Of a DNA stretch of 62,758 nucleotides, positions 1 through 12,447 are shown piece after piece; position 1 is the first letter of the stretch; every line of letters begins with the position of its first letter. The stretch covers positions 62,001 to 124,758 of the forward strand of contig JABANN010000021.1 of the NCBI GenBank assembly GCA_013115125.1. Direction: 5' to 3'. A program made the position numbers and the translations under genes. The notes under the pieces were generated by a model, which was given only the letters and a program-made list of their open reading frames with translations, made no database searches and was not told the origin of the DNA. The stretch is from Perkinsus olseni. Its lineage: Eukaryota.

Positions 1-395
1 CATCTGTCTCTTCGAGTGAACGAAAACGACATGTAAAAAGCGCGAGCCTTTACGATCGATTTACATTGTCAGTCGGAGGCAGGAAAGGTAAATTAATTTA
101 TTTTCCGCAGGGCATAATTAGTGTTAGAATCCTCGCGTTACACTCGCGCACTGGGCTTATGTGAGTGGCTCTGCGGTCCGTGCCCTCGACAAGGCGGGTG
201 GTTAACTTTGGAACCACAAGGAGAGAGAGGATTTCGGACGGAGCTTGGGGACGTTCAATGGCGGAACATTGATGGCGAATAGACAGTCGCCATAGGCCAG
301 TTCCGCAATGATCAGGATTGCCTTTTCTGTATCTTACGTGAGCAACCTGAAGATACCTCTTGCTTTAGTTAGACGACAGAAGCTGCTTTATACCA

Positions 396-2551
396 ATGGC
401 CTCCTCGTCTGGTGAAAGTCGTCTCGAGAAGGCGAACAAGAAGTCGCCATTTGTACAGATAATGCAGCTGGCCATCCCCAACATGATTAGCTTCCTCGTC
501 ATGTACTAAGGGCAGTCTACTAGACGATTAACGAAAAGAGTGGTATGGCGCTGGTTTCCGCAGGTACTCTATATTCGTTATTACTATCTTCTTCGTGTCG
601 GCCACCAATGACTCCAACATGCTTGGTGCGATTGGTCTTGGATCGGTCATCCAAAATGTGTTCGGATTCAGTATCGGAGTCGGACTCATGTCTGTAAGTA
701 GCAGTGTGGTCCAGTGGTTTGTCCGTCGGTTCTTCAACGCGCCAATCCGGGTTCGATTCTGAGTGGTGAATATAACAAATCCTCCAACAATCTTCAACGT
801 CGCCTTATCACAGTTGAACGAGGGCTCGTGCAGGTCCTCGATACCCTGGTCAGCCAGGCAGTCGGTGCTGGCAACCCCCACCTGGGGCTCATCTACTTCA
901 ATCGTGCCCGTATCGTCGGCACCATTGCCTTCGTTCCTTGCTTCATTGTTATGTAATGCTCTTCTTGCCGCCCCTTGGGTGCCTCGAAATGAGTTCCCTT
1001 CAGGTTCTACACTGAGCCTATCCTCCTATGGATGAATCAGGATCCACTAACATCAAAGCTGGCAGCTGAGTAAGGCGGACGATGGTCTCGTCTCGGCTCA
1101 TGATTGGACCCTCGCCACCATTCAGTTACGTCCGGGGCATGAACTGGGGTCTTTGGCCATTCTTCATGTACAACGCCATGTGCAGTTTCTTGAGGTGATG
1201 ACGGCATTCACCCGAAAGACTCGTCATCACCTCCGTCTCAGATCTCACAGACTGCCTGAGGCGCCCCTCTACGTCAACGCCATCACTGGATGCGGCCACG
1301 CCCTCTTCTGTTGGCTCTTCCTATTCAAGTGAGTGGCCTCCCCTCCGCCCTCCTTGCGGCTCCATTCCGTCAATCCTCAGGTTCCACTTCGGCGCCTATG
1401 GTGTCGGTATTGCAATGACCTGCACTCAATGGGGCAGATTCATCCTTCTTGAACTCTACGCAGCCCTCTGGCATCCCGAGACCCACGCTCACGGCTGGAC
1501 TCCGGAGAGCCTCCACAACCTCTGGGAGTTCGTGGCTCTCGCCATCCCCTCCGCCCTCCTCATGTGGAGCGAATGGTGGGCCTATGAGGTCCAGTCGGTG
1601 TTCGCCGGGTGGGTCGGCCCCATGTCCTTGGCTGCCCACGTTGCCGCCTCTAACATCGTCTCCATCATCTATATGGGACCCTGCGGTATCAGCCAAAGCG
1701 CGAGTGCCCTCGTCGGTGAGTCGGAGCCCACTGCCACTGAACGTCCTTCACCATTATTTCCTCAGGCAACGCCTTGGGTGGCGGTGATGTCCGTACCGCT
1801 CACCTCTTCAATCGGAAGATCATCAGAGGGACCCTCGCCTGCTTCATCCTGGTCGCCATCCTCATGTGCAACTTCCGTTACTACGTCGCTTACCTCTACA
1901 GCCGTGATCCTGCGGTAGCATCATCACTAACCACGACGACCTCAAAGATACCATCCCTTCCTCAGGTCCTGTCCATCCTATGCCCCGCTCTTTTGGCCGT
2001 CTCCGTCTTCTGCATTTTCGACGCCATGCAGGCTTGCCAGGAGGGAGTCCTTCGAGGATGCGCGCTCCAGGTTAGTCTCCCTGATATCTTCGCCCGTCCA
2101 TCAACACTTCAGGGCCGAGCATCGACCTACAAGCTGCTCGCTATGCTCCTTATCCGACTGCCTCTTGGGTGAGTCTCTCGCGTCGATGCAGCCCTTCTCA
2201 TCATCCCTTTTCAGTTACGTCTTCGCCTTCGGGTGGGGCGTCATCCCGGCAATGGGCGTTCCCGGTATCTGGTGGGCCTCGGTCGTCGGCATGGCCATCA
2301 CTTGTACAGCGTAAGTCATTTTCCGATAAATTAATACCATTATTGATAACCATCAGTTACGGTCTAATCATCTACCGTTGTGACTTCGACAAATGTGCCC
2401 AGGCGGCTCTGGACAGACGCGAGAAGGAAGAAAAGTACTCCTCGTGGTGGGTAGCCTGCGAGTATCACCGCTCCTCCTGCTCAGGTTGAAGGCGGCCAGC
2501 AGTCCCCTGTTGAAGGAGGAGGAGGCCGCTGGTGCCGGTGCTGCTGTATAA
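396..2551 (+). CDS. MATE family multidrug/toxin efflux transporter, multi-exon
   Basis: Exons encode MATE-like motifs (QLAIPNMISF; LDTLVSQAVGA; FVALAIPSALLMWSEWWAYEV; GVLRGCA) separated by short introns. ATG at 396, TAA at 2549-2551. Confidence 0.85.
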
Positions 2552-3286
2552 GTACCCCATGTGTTCCTCTCAAACGTTCAAACCACAGCGTAGTGCCGCC
2601 CTATGCGCTTTTACGTACCACTGTCTCTTCACTCCACACCTATTGTGTTCGTAAGTGGCACCGAATTCGGTCACTCAAACCCCCCTCGCGGTGGCTTCTT
2701 AGAACTAACGATTACCACTGTCTTGTAGGGTAATGGTGTTCACTAGCGAGACGCAATAGTTACGAGGTCCACTGCTTGCCTTCTTTGATAATCAAGCGTT
2801 TCATGCGGGACGCTGTGTCACCTATTCCTGAGCAACACATGAAGACACCCCGAGGGAAGAACCGGTGTTGTTTGTCTCTCCATGTTGAAGACCATCGACA
2901 GCAGTGGAATGTCAATTCGAATTCTATCTCGGCCTGGCAAACAAAAAGCTGTCCTCAGCATCCGGTCGTGTGGAGACATCAGACAGGTGTCTGCAGAGAG
3001 ACTCCCTTGAAGGGATGACTTAACGCAACAAGTGATGGGCATATGACAAAATTAATGAGAATAACATCGTCTCTGATTATCATCATTACCATTCAATACT
3101 CATAACCGGATGTCCGGATGATGGGGCTGCCAACTCGTAGTACTACTAGAAGATGAAATAAAAACTTAATCATCGGAGGTCGTCGTCTTCGTCGTCACAG
3201 ACCACAGGTTGGTGACAACGTTGTTGTTGTTGACCTCATATTGCAGATAAGAATAATGGTGCAAAGTATCATCATAATCATAATCA

Positions 3287-4651
3287 TCACTGAATGCTCC
3301 AATCGGGCGACAATTCCGTATCAGCAATACTGACAGCAGCGTCTCCAACAGCATCCACCACAGCGCTTCCACCACCATCGCTGGCAGCACTCGAGATGTT
3401 CTCGAGACCAGTCGTCGTCGTAGTTGGAGGGGGAGAATCGATGTTCTTCACCCAAGTCCACTTACCACCGCATAGATACTCATCAGCAAGCCAGACGGTC
3501 CAGGCTAGTAGAACGCCTGTCATCGTCCAGTAGCTCCAATTGTCGTCGAACATTTTCTGCTTTTTGCCGTCTTTTTGGCCGTCAACAGCAGTAGCATCAC
3601 CACCAATGGGATTCTTAACGGACTGGTCAAGAGCCTCAACAGCCTCTGTTTGATGAGCAAGGGCAGCAGCTTGACGACCAAGACTGGAGGCGACGTACTG
3701 CAGGGAGCCATCGATGTCCTGGGAGAAGTCCGCCAACTGATGCATCCCATTAGTATTATGGATGAGCAACAGAATGCCAACCACCGCGGCCGAGCTCAAA
3801 ATATAGATATACGACTTCAACAAATTGATACTCCGCTGGAGATCAGATAACCTGTGATCTTGCCCAATCTTGCTCTCTTGCGGTTCCTCAAATCCCCTAC
3901 CATCAGTATTGTCCTTGATTTCGCCCAATAGCTCAGTCTGCTCCGCCTTGATCTCCTGAATGGAGACCTCCAGTCGCTGCAGATCTTCTGCATGTCGTGC
4001 CTCGGCCGTAGCGATGCTGTGAAGCATCTCATTCAGCGATTCTAAGTTGTCGTTGAGCCTCTCGAGCTGAGCGAAGGTGATGCTCGATTGCTCCCCAACC
4101 TCCGCAGACACTTCCTTAACCACATTTTGAATATTCTCATCGATCTCCGCCAACTTCGCCGTCAACAACTCACCACTGGCGGGTTGATTGTGCATAACCT
4201 TCAAGTCGTCAAGCATGACCTCGACGTCCTTGGCCAAAAGCTTCAACTGCTGTCGCTCCTCCCTGGCGACAGCCTCGACGATCTCCTTCAGTCTCGCCTC
4301 GGTCACTCCGCCACTCGAAGCTGCTCCACCACCGTCGTGCTGCTGCAAAGCAGCGATAATTTCAGGGCGCTCGATGAGCGATTGGACGACCCTATCGGCG
4401 ATGTCGCCGTTAGCTCGGGCCATCTGAGCGCTGAGTTGCTTGACAACCTGCTCACTCGCCTCGAAGTTAGCGCGGACCATCGCAGCCGTCTTGTCGTCCA
4501 ACTTCTGACCAATTGCGGTGTTACTCTCGAGAATCTTGGGGACGATGGTCGCAGCAACCTTTTGGCCGACACGCTCGACCTCGGTGATGACGTTGGTTGT
4601 GGCGCGCTCGACGAGGGGAGCTACCCAGGGAGGGAGGTGATGGTTCCACAT
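3287..4651 (-). CDS. Hypothetical coiled-coil membrane protein
   Basis: Long open frame (track ORF 3287..4975). Likely start MWNHH at 4651. Heptad-rich E/Q/L region followed by two hydrophobic segments (YIYILSSAAVVGILLLI; WTMTGVLLAWTVWLA). Confidence 0.6.
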   Translation of the reverse strand: MWNHHLPPWVAPLVERATTNVITEVERVGQKVAATIVPKILESNTAIGQKLDDKTAAMVRANFEASEQVVKQLSAQMARANGDIADRVVQSLIERPEIIAALQQHDGGGAASSGGVTEARLKEIVEAVAREERQQLKLLAKDVEVMLDDLKVMHNQPASGELLTAKLAEIDENIQNVVKEVSAEVGEQSSITFAQLERLNDNLESLNEMLHSIATAEARHAEDLQRLEVSIQEIKAEQTELLGEIKDNTDGRGFEEPQESKIGQDHRLSDLQRSINLLKSYIYILSSAAVVGILLLIHNTNGMHQLADFSQDIDGSLQYVASSLGRQAAALAHQTEAVEALDQSVKNPIGGDATAVDGQKDGKKQKMFDDNWSYWTMTGVLLAWTVWLADEYLCGGKWTWVKNIDSPPPTTTTTGLENISSAASDGGGSAVVDAVGDAAVSIADTELSPDWSIQ

Positions 4652-4853
4652 TGAAGGAGGAGGGTGAACTAACAGATGATGATGATCGCAGTCCTGCAAG
4701 CATCGAGATCGTCGAGAAACATGCCGTCGTTTTGGTGGATTGCCGACACAAGAACTGCGGGATGATAAAAATACAGATGGAAAAAGCTCTTCAGAGCAGG
4801 TAATTACACTCAATAATAGGATATCTTGCAGTCTTAGCCGACCTACCAATTCC

Positions 4854-5459
4854 TCAATATACCTTATCCCATCCGTCTGTACTGCCAGCAGCATTTGGGC
4901 TGTGGTCTTCCGAGGAGGAGACAGGAGAATCTTTAGCCTCAGCGCACAGCGAAGATTTCCCCAGTATCCTATCAAGGCTAGTCGTGAGCGTGGACTTCAC
5001 CTCGTCCCTTCCAACTCCCATCCAGTAGAGCGCCACCGCTGCCCCGAAACCCGCGGAGGCCATCAAACCGGCAGCTACTGCCAAAAACCAGCACCAGGAT
5101 CGAGAGGATGCGCACTGCGTACAGGTTCTAGTGGTCGAGGTGGTGACGGAAGAATCCGCAATACCCAAGGCATGGTTACCGGCAGTGCTAGCTAGACATC
5201 GGCAAAGCGACTTGGCAAGTTGCGTGGTGACAGCTTCTGCCTCCATGGTGATACCTGCGGGGCAATTGACGGGGACTTTGACGCTCGCAGAGACGCTGGC
5301 TGTGAGCTGCCTTAAAGGGGGCATCTGGTCAGTAGGCAGACGACTGTGTAGGTCGCATCGCCAAGAACAGTCCGGTGAAGAATATTCTCGAGTGAATCCC
5401 CTGAATATGCCCTCAGTGGCAGCCTGACCAGATGATGGCGTCGAGAGGCAGTTGCCCAT
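4854..5459 (-). CDS. Hypothetical single-pass membrane protein with N-terminal MGNC (myristoylation/palmitoylation-like) motif
   Basis: ATG at 5459 gives MGNCLS. Hydrophobic segment WFLAVAAGLMASAGFGAAVALYWMG. Confidence 0.5.
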   Translation of the reverse strand: MGNCLSTPSSGQAATEGIFRGFTREYSSPDCSWRCDLHSRLPTDQMPPLRQLTASVSASVKVPVNCPAGITMEAEAVTTQLAKSLCRCLASTAGNHALGIADSSVTTSTTRTCTQCASSRSWCWFLAVAAGLMASAGFGAAVALYWMGVGRDEVKSTLTTSLDRILGKSSLCAEAKDSPVSSSEDHSPNAAGSTDGWDKVY

Positions 5460-5724
5460 TGGCAGCAGCAGCAGCAAACTGCAATACAGGAAGGAGTTGG
5501 TTGTTGAATTGATGCAGCAACGAGAGTCGGGGACAGCTTTAGGAAACGTTGTTGACGTACAGTGCAGCCTCAGACCTGCCACTAGAGGAAGAAGCAACCG
5601 CCGGGTAGAGAGAAATCTTTCGCGTGCGTAAAGATATCATCTCTATGATACAGAAATCAATCAGGATCCGAATGTCACTGGATGTGACGATCAGTAATAA
5701 TCAAACGATCAAACCAGGCGACAT

Positions 5725-6600
5725 CTAATAACCTTCGCTGTGCGCAGCTGGCCGCTTGACCCCGGAAAGATGCCTCTCAGATTCTCTAGCCTCGGCCAAT
5801 CCGAAACTCCTTATCATCCTCCTTCTCCTGTCCACCAATCGTCTGCGATCGACCACCCTCCTGAGACCGGTTCTTCGCTGTGCGCGACGAGTATCTTGAC
5901 AGACCGGTGGCAGTAGCAGCTCGGGTACATCAGACAAGGACTCGCTGAGGCAACACAGTCTGGGGCTCTCGGGTATGAGGATCTCAGGTGATGCCTCCAA
6001 TGGGAGAAAGGAATCCTGAAAATCATCGTCGTCCTCGAGGTCCGCTGCGTAGGGCAGCCCTAAGCGTGGCTGCTTGGGTGGCGGCCGAGAGTCGGTGTTG
6101 TCGATGTAGATGAGGGAATATGGCAGAGGTAGGGTCTGATGAGTATCTGCATAAAGTAGCCATCATCATCAACCACATACTAAAGGCGAGATGATACCAT
6201 CGTCGGAGGTAAGCTTGTTAGGTTGATGATGTTCCTGATGTCCGAGCAAGATAGCTTGAAATATCTTCGACTCTTGCATGATGTCATGAAGGGTGTCAGA
6301 ATGGGTCGTCACTGCAGCTGAGGGCCCTTCTTGCTGGTGGCGCTGTTGTTGGCTAGTATGGTCGGCTGTAGGTCGAGGGGCATGCATGACGCAACGCGTT
6401 ATCATTGATAAAACAGGCTGAAGGCATCGTTTGTGCAACACTCACAAGGTTTAGCGACCAAAGCTAAGTCTGAACAGACCCTCTTGAGACCGGTGACACA
6501 GCATTCGGTACTCCACAAGCTCATGCACGTAGCAGACGACCCGGTTATGGTCCTGACCTCATTTGCATCTTGCCACCTCAACCTTAAGATTCCTCCATTC
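5725..6600 (-). CDS. Possible multi-exon hypothetical protein
   Basis: Coding-like minus-strand segments (PLPLPYSLIYIDN...LEDDDDFQDSF...). No recognisable domain, and the 5' end is unresolved. Confidence 0.3.
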
Positions 6601-7067
6601 TGTTCTTAGCGTTGGATATTGCGCTGAGATCGATAACTATGGTGTATCTCTATCCCCTCTGTAACCCGACTCCCCTCAGCCGTACTCAACATTCTCCCTC
6701 TGTCCACTACACCTCTTCACATCAACCCTACTACGACTTTAAGTCGCACCCCGCTCGAACGATGGTCGTCTTTAACCTTTCCTTCCTTTCGCGGCATAGA
6801 TTACGACTCGCGCGCGCCCGACTAATCGATTTGTTTGGTTTGGAATGAGTTCTTCTTCGATGCTCCGTGCCTTGATATCGCCGCCTGTAGCCGGTCAAGC
6901 TGAATAACAAGTATCTTAAGGTCGACCGTAGAGGATACAGAACAGGTCAACCTTGCTAATATCTCTACGAAGTATCGCAAAGCGCCTGTCTAAGCATCGT
7001 TACAATCGACTGTGAATTGACCGCTTCCGCTACTTCGTCCTCGACTAGGGTTTGTTGTTGTTCCACT

Positions 7068-9884
7068 ATGAAGTTTGGACAGTATCTTCACGACCATCGG
7101 GTCATAGCATGGCGGCCCTATTATATGAACTACCATCGATTGAAGGCCATCCTCAAGGATATCGTCAACAACAACACCGGTAATGAGCGGTTCCTGGAGG
7201 AGCTCAAGTTGGATATGGTGAGGGTGGAGGAGTTCTATAAGATGCAGGAAGATGAGGTCGTACAGGAGGCCAGATCCGTGGACCCCGACAGTAAAGATGA
7301 TTTCTCGGCGTTCGTCCAGAGGGTGCGGGACCTCGAAAATTTCGCGCAGTTGAATTCCGAAGGCCTTCGGAAAATTGCGAAGAAGTACGACAAGTTGGTC
7401 ATAAGACCAGGGCTTCTTCGCACTATTGAGGAGGGTGGGGGTGATGCTAGCCTGATGAGAGACATACTGCGAGAGATTCAACACTGCACCTTCAGTCAAG
7501 CCGCCGATCGTCTGGCTGCTGTCTTTGACTACTCGACCTCCTATCAGAAGTCTCGAGGTGCCCCTCTTGACGTCAACAGGTTGGTGTCATCACATCAGCG
7601 GACTGCCAGCGTGCATGTTGGGGACTTTGTCGAGCGGTACGCGGCGGAAGAGGAGAAACCGCGAGAACGTGAGATGAAGGTGAAGACGATTCTTCGCTAC
7701 TTCAAAGCAATCGTCTTCTTCGCCATGGTCTATGTGGGCTGCCTCGTCTGTTGGATACTCAAAGTCGGTTCACCTCTGCTGGATGGGAGGTCGTACGTCT
7801 CCGTAGCGGTCACCTGTACTGCCCTAGCCCTCCTCATCATGCAGTACCCTGCGGATGGTGTGATGATGGGGTCCACTCTGGCACTCACGCTGACTGGGGT
7901 ATTGGACAACAAGGAGGCTTGGGATGGTTTCTCTAACGACGTCGTCCTGTCTGTGGCAGTGCTACTGATCATATCCGCTGCGGTGAAGAACACAGGGGTA
8001 GTCGAGTACATCTTCATAGACGGTGGTCTGCTGGGCCACCCGAAGACCCTTCCAATGGCCATGCTCAGGCTGTTCCTCCCGGCAGTGTTACTGAATATTT
8101 GTGTATCGAATACAGCTGTGATGGGTGTGCTCCTGCCCGTCGTACAGAAATGGTCGAAGGACATAGGTTGGGATCAGGGACTACTGCTGATGCCCTTATC
8201 CTATATCCTCCTCATTTCGGGTGTATTCGCCATCTTCTCGACCTCGAGCAATCTGATCACCCAAGGCCTGCTCGTCGATGGCCACTATGAGCCCTTCGAG
8301 AACTTCGCCATGGCCCCACTCATCCTCCCCGCCACAGTAGGAGCCTTCCTCTACATCGTTATAGCAGTGCCACTGGTCTTCAAGGACCGGATGCCGAAAG
8401 CACGCGCTTTGACCAACGGAGACGGACCAGACCACCGGCTTCTCCCAAAGCAGGAGTCCTTGCTCAGCTCTAAGAAGTTCGTAGTGTCAGCTCAGGTCAC
8501 GGGTTTGTCACTCGACGGCAAGACGCTAGCGGAGTCTGGTCTGTACGACCTTCTCGACTGCCCTCAGGATATAGTGGAGATCGAGCGCCTCGGTGAGCGT
8601 GGACGGCCGAGTCCTGACTTCATACTACAGCCCTATGACGTGTTGCACATCTACTGCTCGGCCGATACTGTAGTGAAGCTACAAGACGATGGTCGAGTTG
8701 GGCTCTTGACGAGGGACTCTGGGGAGCTGTCCACGGGTGGTAATTTCGGAGGTAAGGCTCAGAATACGGAGCTGTTTGAGGTGGTACTGGATGGCCTGTG
8801 CCCTCTTATCGGTCAACCTATCGTCAACGCCAACACGCGTAAGCTCTACGGCGGCCAGATCGTTGCGATTCGTCCGCACGATCTTCAGCTGGTCCAGAAG
8901 GACAACAACCGCCAAGTTGTCGTGTCCAAGAGACGCATGAAAAACCTGACTCCTACGGCACGGACGGCGCACCTTAGGTCGAGGCCTAGCGCTCGGACGT
9001 TCTCTGAATCAGAAATTGCCCCGAACGTTACTTATGGCAGCGTGGGAGCGACAATTCCCGGGCGCGCGGTCGCGTACACCCCCCTCCCTGGGAACGAGAT
9101 GGAGCCAGAGCAGGAGTCTGTAGTGAGGCTGTTGCAGTCCGAGATGGACGAGAAGAGTTGGCGATTGGCTGTTGGTGATGGCCTTATCGTTGAAGCGCCA
9201 TCAGGGTTCGCTGAGCAGTTCTCGGGGACGGGACACTTCGCTGTGATCAGTCGACTGAAGCCGTTTGATACTAAGGAGGATAAGTCGACTGTAGATGGTG
9301 TTAGGTTGATGTGGATCTCCGGAGGGATAGTGTTGGGTATGGTACTACTGGTAGCCACCAATACCCTACCATTGCTGCAGGCAAGCATGACGGCCTCCTT
9401 CTTGCTGGTCCTATTCGATTGTCTTCCCTTGACCAAGGCGATAGCTGCTGTCAACATTCGTACCGTTATGACCATCGTTGGAGCCTTCGGTGTGGGTAAA
9501 GCCATGGCTAAGACGCACGTCGCCCGAGTCTTGGCTCAAGCCCTAGTAGGGTTAATGTCCCCGCTGGGCGCCATTGGAGTCCTTGGCGCCATCTTCGCGG
9601 CCACCTGTCTCCTGGGTGTAGTGTTCCACGCTACAGCAGTGGTAGTACTGCTCTTCCCAGTATGCGTATCAGTAGCCCATCAGATGGGGCTGCCTGTGCA
9701 TCAGTGCCTCGGGCCTCTGATGGTGGGAGCGGGGTGCCAGTTCCTGAGTCCGATATCATATCAGACTAACTTGATGGTCTATGCTGTCGCTGGTTACGCC
9801 TTTGGCGACTTCGCCAAGCTAGGATTGGGCCTTACTGTGGTAGTCGGTATTATTTCTGTACCATTATGTCGGATATGTTTGTGA
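7068..9884 (+). CDS. SPX-domain SLC13/CitMHS-type anion (phosphate/sulfate) transporter with TrkA-C (RCK_C) domains, intronless
   Basis: N-terminal MKFG...WRPYYMNY..LK and KIAKKYDK are SPX motifs. TM block contains VSNTA. Central region has TrkA-C-like segments (LDGKTLAESGL; PLIGQPI...GGQIVAIR; LAVGDGLIV). C-terminal FLSPISYQTNLMVY...Y.FGDF is typical of SLC13/SLT permeases. Confidence 0.88.
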   Translation: MKFGQYLHDHRVIAWRPYYMNYHRLKAILKDIVNNNTGNERFLEELKLDMVRVEEFYKMQEDEVVQEARSVDPDSKDDFSAFVQRVRDLENFAQLNSEGLRKIAKKYDKLVIRPGLLRTIEEGGGDASLMRDILREIQHCTFSQAADRLAAVFDYSTSYQKSRGAPLDVNRLVSSHQRTASVHVGDFVERYAAEEEKPREREMKVKTILRYFKAIVFFAMVYVGCLVCWILKVGSPLLDGRSYVSVAVTCTALALLIMQYPADGVMMGSTLALTLTGVLDNKEAWDGFSNDVVLSVAVLLIISAAVKNTGVVEYIFIDGGLLGHPKTLPMAMLRLFLPAVLLNICVSNTAVMGVLLPVVQKWSKDIGWDQGLLLMPLSYILLISGVFAIFSTSSNLITQGLLVDGHYEPFENFAMAPLILPATVGAFLYIVIAVPLVFKDRMPKARALTNGDGPDHRLLPKQESLLSSKKFVVSAQVTGLSLDGKTLAESGLYDLLDCPQDIVEIERLGERGRPSPDFILQPYDVLHIYCSADTVVKLQDDGRVGLLTRDSGELSTGGNFGGKAQNTELFEVVLDGLCPLIGQPIVNANTRKLYGGQIVAIRPHDLQLVQKDNNRQVVVSKRRMKNLTPTARTAHLRSRPSARTFSESEIAPNVTYGSVGATIPGRAVAYTPLPGNEMEPEQESVVRLLQSEMDEKSWRLAVGDGLIVEAPSGFAEQFSGTGHFAVISRLKPFDTKEDKSTVDGVRLMWISGGIVLGMVLLVATNTLPLLQASMTASFLLVLFDCLPLTKAIAAVNIRTVMTIVGAFGVGKAMAKTHVARVLAQALVGLMSPLGAIGVLGAIFAATCLLGVVFHATAVVVLLFPVCVSVAHQMGLPVHQCLGPLMVGAGCQFLSPISYQTNLMVYAVAGYAFGDFAKLGLGLTVVVGIISVPLCRICL

Positions 9885-10430
9885 ATATCTTTCGCAGTGC
9901 GGGTGGAATCTTTGCTCGCGATTATCGAAGCATATCTTGTACAGACGTATCGAATCGATTATGTGATCGATTTGGTATTATTACGAAAAGGTATATTTTA
10001 CTGAATTCCCTCGAGGCTTGTTATCATCATCTCCATCATCATCGTCTTCGTCGTCGTATCATTCGAGAATCTTCAGTTTCATCCGTATTTGGTCATTTTA
10101 GTTCTAGTGTATGCAAAAGGAGCTAGTAGGGGGATTCGAACTATCGCCCTCTCTCATGACAGCCGGCAGGTCAACAGGCCAAGATGGTTTCACTATTATG
10201 GAAGTCACCGTTGTGATAGTGGGAACTAGCGTTCTCACCTTTGGTCGGTGGAGGGTGTGTGCTCAGGAAGGGCAGCGGCTCTCTGCCGTCTGCTGCATTC
10301 ACTTGGATCGTATCTGCGTTGTGTATCCCAAAAGTACATGATAACCTGCTGCTGGCATCACCACCACGACGACACTCTTCACGCAGGTTTTTTGCTCTCC
10401 TTGCTTTCATCATTGTACCTCCTCTTCCTT

Positions 10431-12211
10431 ATGGAAGACGTCTTCCTCTTTGAGCTTGGATACGGTATACAGTTGGCAGCAGCACTTCTGCTGTTATATA
10501 GGATATCCACTATGAAGAACATCTACGGCCTGTCGATCGACACGCAGGTCTGCTTCCTTATGGGTAATACCTCGCCAAGGCAGTCCGGGCTCTGGATGGT
10601 CCTCGTCAGGCACACTGTCACGGTTCATCTGGATGATGGACACGCGATTGGTGGAGACATGGTTCTCTTATCTCGAGCTGTGGTTTAATTTAGCCGTCCA
10701 GATAGCGCTGTGCTACTATTGTTACATGTAAGACGACCAGTCGTAACGTGTGCCGAGGCCCGCCGCGATCCTGCAATGATTGCGAACCATAACCGCACGA
10801 GGTTATCGTTCAACGACCATACACTAGGCGAACCATGGTCATCCAATGGTGACTTGGCTGTGTGACTCTCAACAGACCTAAGAGATATCGAGAAATCTGA
10901 AAGACTGCGGACTTTGAAAAGAATATGAGTGGACAGATAGCGACAAAGGCCAGAGGGCTGTCACGTCGGTTTTCTCCCGGTTATGAGTATTCAGTTTTGA
11001 AGTGTACGCGTGCTTCTTTCCATACCACACCTTCCGCTACTTCAGTTACTGGTATACTACCACCATGCACGCCCCCCGGTATCTCCGGGCCCCAGTATTA
11101 GCTCTAGTAGCACTCCTTCTAGCTTTCCTATTTCATCCGGGGTATGAATGGGTATCCGGGCAGGTAATGAAGGGAGAGCCTTCGAGGCTACGCGCACCGT
11201 AGATGAAGTAATTTGCAACTATTGAAGCACTACGACTGAGACTTTGAGGTTCGGGGTTTTGAATGGCGCTTGGCTCAATTCCGAAGCCCGCTTGAGGTCA
11301 ATAATTTCCTGCTAGTACTTTTGCGGGCTTTGCCGGTTCTCAACGTATAACTTTAGACCAGCTTCACCAAGTCAGGATAATGTTTTTGAATTACGTCATT
11401 CACGGTGCACCACCCTTGAGGTTATAACCTACCGAATCCACGTACCCGCTGATGATCGGGTGTTTGGGGAGAATTCTTGCTTGAGTGACCTTTTCTCGTG
11501 GTATAATTTTCGAACTGGTTTGGAGGGTTTCTAGATGGTGTGAAGACATCCTCAGACTCTCCATCTCGATAGGGGAACTTCGTGGCATGTTTTCGATGGT
11601 CGATCTACTGTGATAATCAGGTGTTGGTATCATTCACAATGTACATCGAAGCGATGGGTCTCATACCACAATTATGGTTAATGAGGAAGATGATGGATGT
11701 AATAACAGGGATGCACTCAACTTGATGCACATGGAGAAGTCCTCGGTGGAGCTCACGAGTTGCCGCAGCCATCTCGAGCCCAGTGAGGGCTCCAGACTTT
11801 AGGCGACTTGGTAGCATGGCGCGTTCGACTCTACCGCTGTACGAGAATTGGAGAAAACTGATTCGCATGGGGCCAGATTCTCTGAGCTGTTGTGGTGACT
11901 CGCCTCAGATCGAGCCGATAACTTCACATTATGTCGGATTGTTGGTCATCTCACGAGCAGTGCGGATGGTCTTTTGGGGAGTACTCTACATGCAGGTGGG
12001 AAAGGTCTCTGGTTCGAATCCCGCGGGATGCATTTTCTCTGTCAGGGCGAGCATTTCTTGTGTTTGTTCATGGCGGACCTTCTCCACACAGTATTCTGCG
12101 CCGACTATCTCTATCTGTGGTGTAAAAAGTTGAGGTACTACTTGCGTTTGACTAGCCTCAACCTAAGATTCCATCCTCAGGACCGGCGGTCGTCTTGTAT
12201 ACGCACTCTAG
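10431..12211 (+). CDS. ERD2: ER lumen protein-retaining receptor (KDEL receptor/ERD2 family), multi-exon
   Basis: Motifs KNIYGLSIDTQ, FTMYIEAMGLIPQLWL, EPITSHYV...SRAVRMVFW, DLLHT...ADYLYLW; ends GGRLVYAL*. An alternative start at 10338 is possible. Confidence 0.82.
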
Positions 12212-12447
12212 GTCTGAGCGTGCTGTTGTACAATTGAGGAAATCATCTCACAATTGTCGCGTCGTCATTGCAGTTTCTCTGGTTTAATAGGAAGCTGTGT
12301 TCTCATCACATGTCAAAGGCTGGGGGTTCAAACCCCGGCATCGGGACTCGCCCTCCATTCTGGGGACCTTATAGTTCCAGTTGCAAAATCTTGCTCATCT
12401 TGACATTCCTTAAGGGGGATGCTGGAATGAAGTCAGCTGTTGTCAAA

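Noticed and set aside
4088-4654. 188-aa plus-strand ORF and many other short track ORFs
   Set aside because: Antisense or alternate-frame shadows of real genes, or read-through of introns; no independent motifs.
4652-4975. Apparent overlap of two minus-strand genes
   Set aside because: It depends on a non-ATG start in the ORF track; the ATG at 4651 removes the overlap.
10116-10190. Possible intact tRNA gene (also 12280-12346 and the intronic copies)
   Set aside because: No complete cloverleaf: acceptor and D stems do not pair. Treated as fragments.
10812-10850. ACGACCATAC resembling the 5S rRNA 5' end
   Set aside because: No downstream 5S box A/C similarity.
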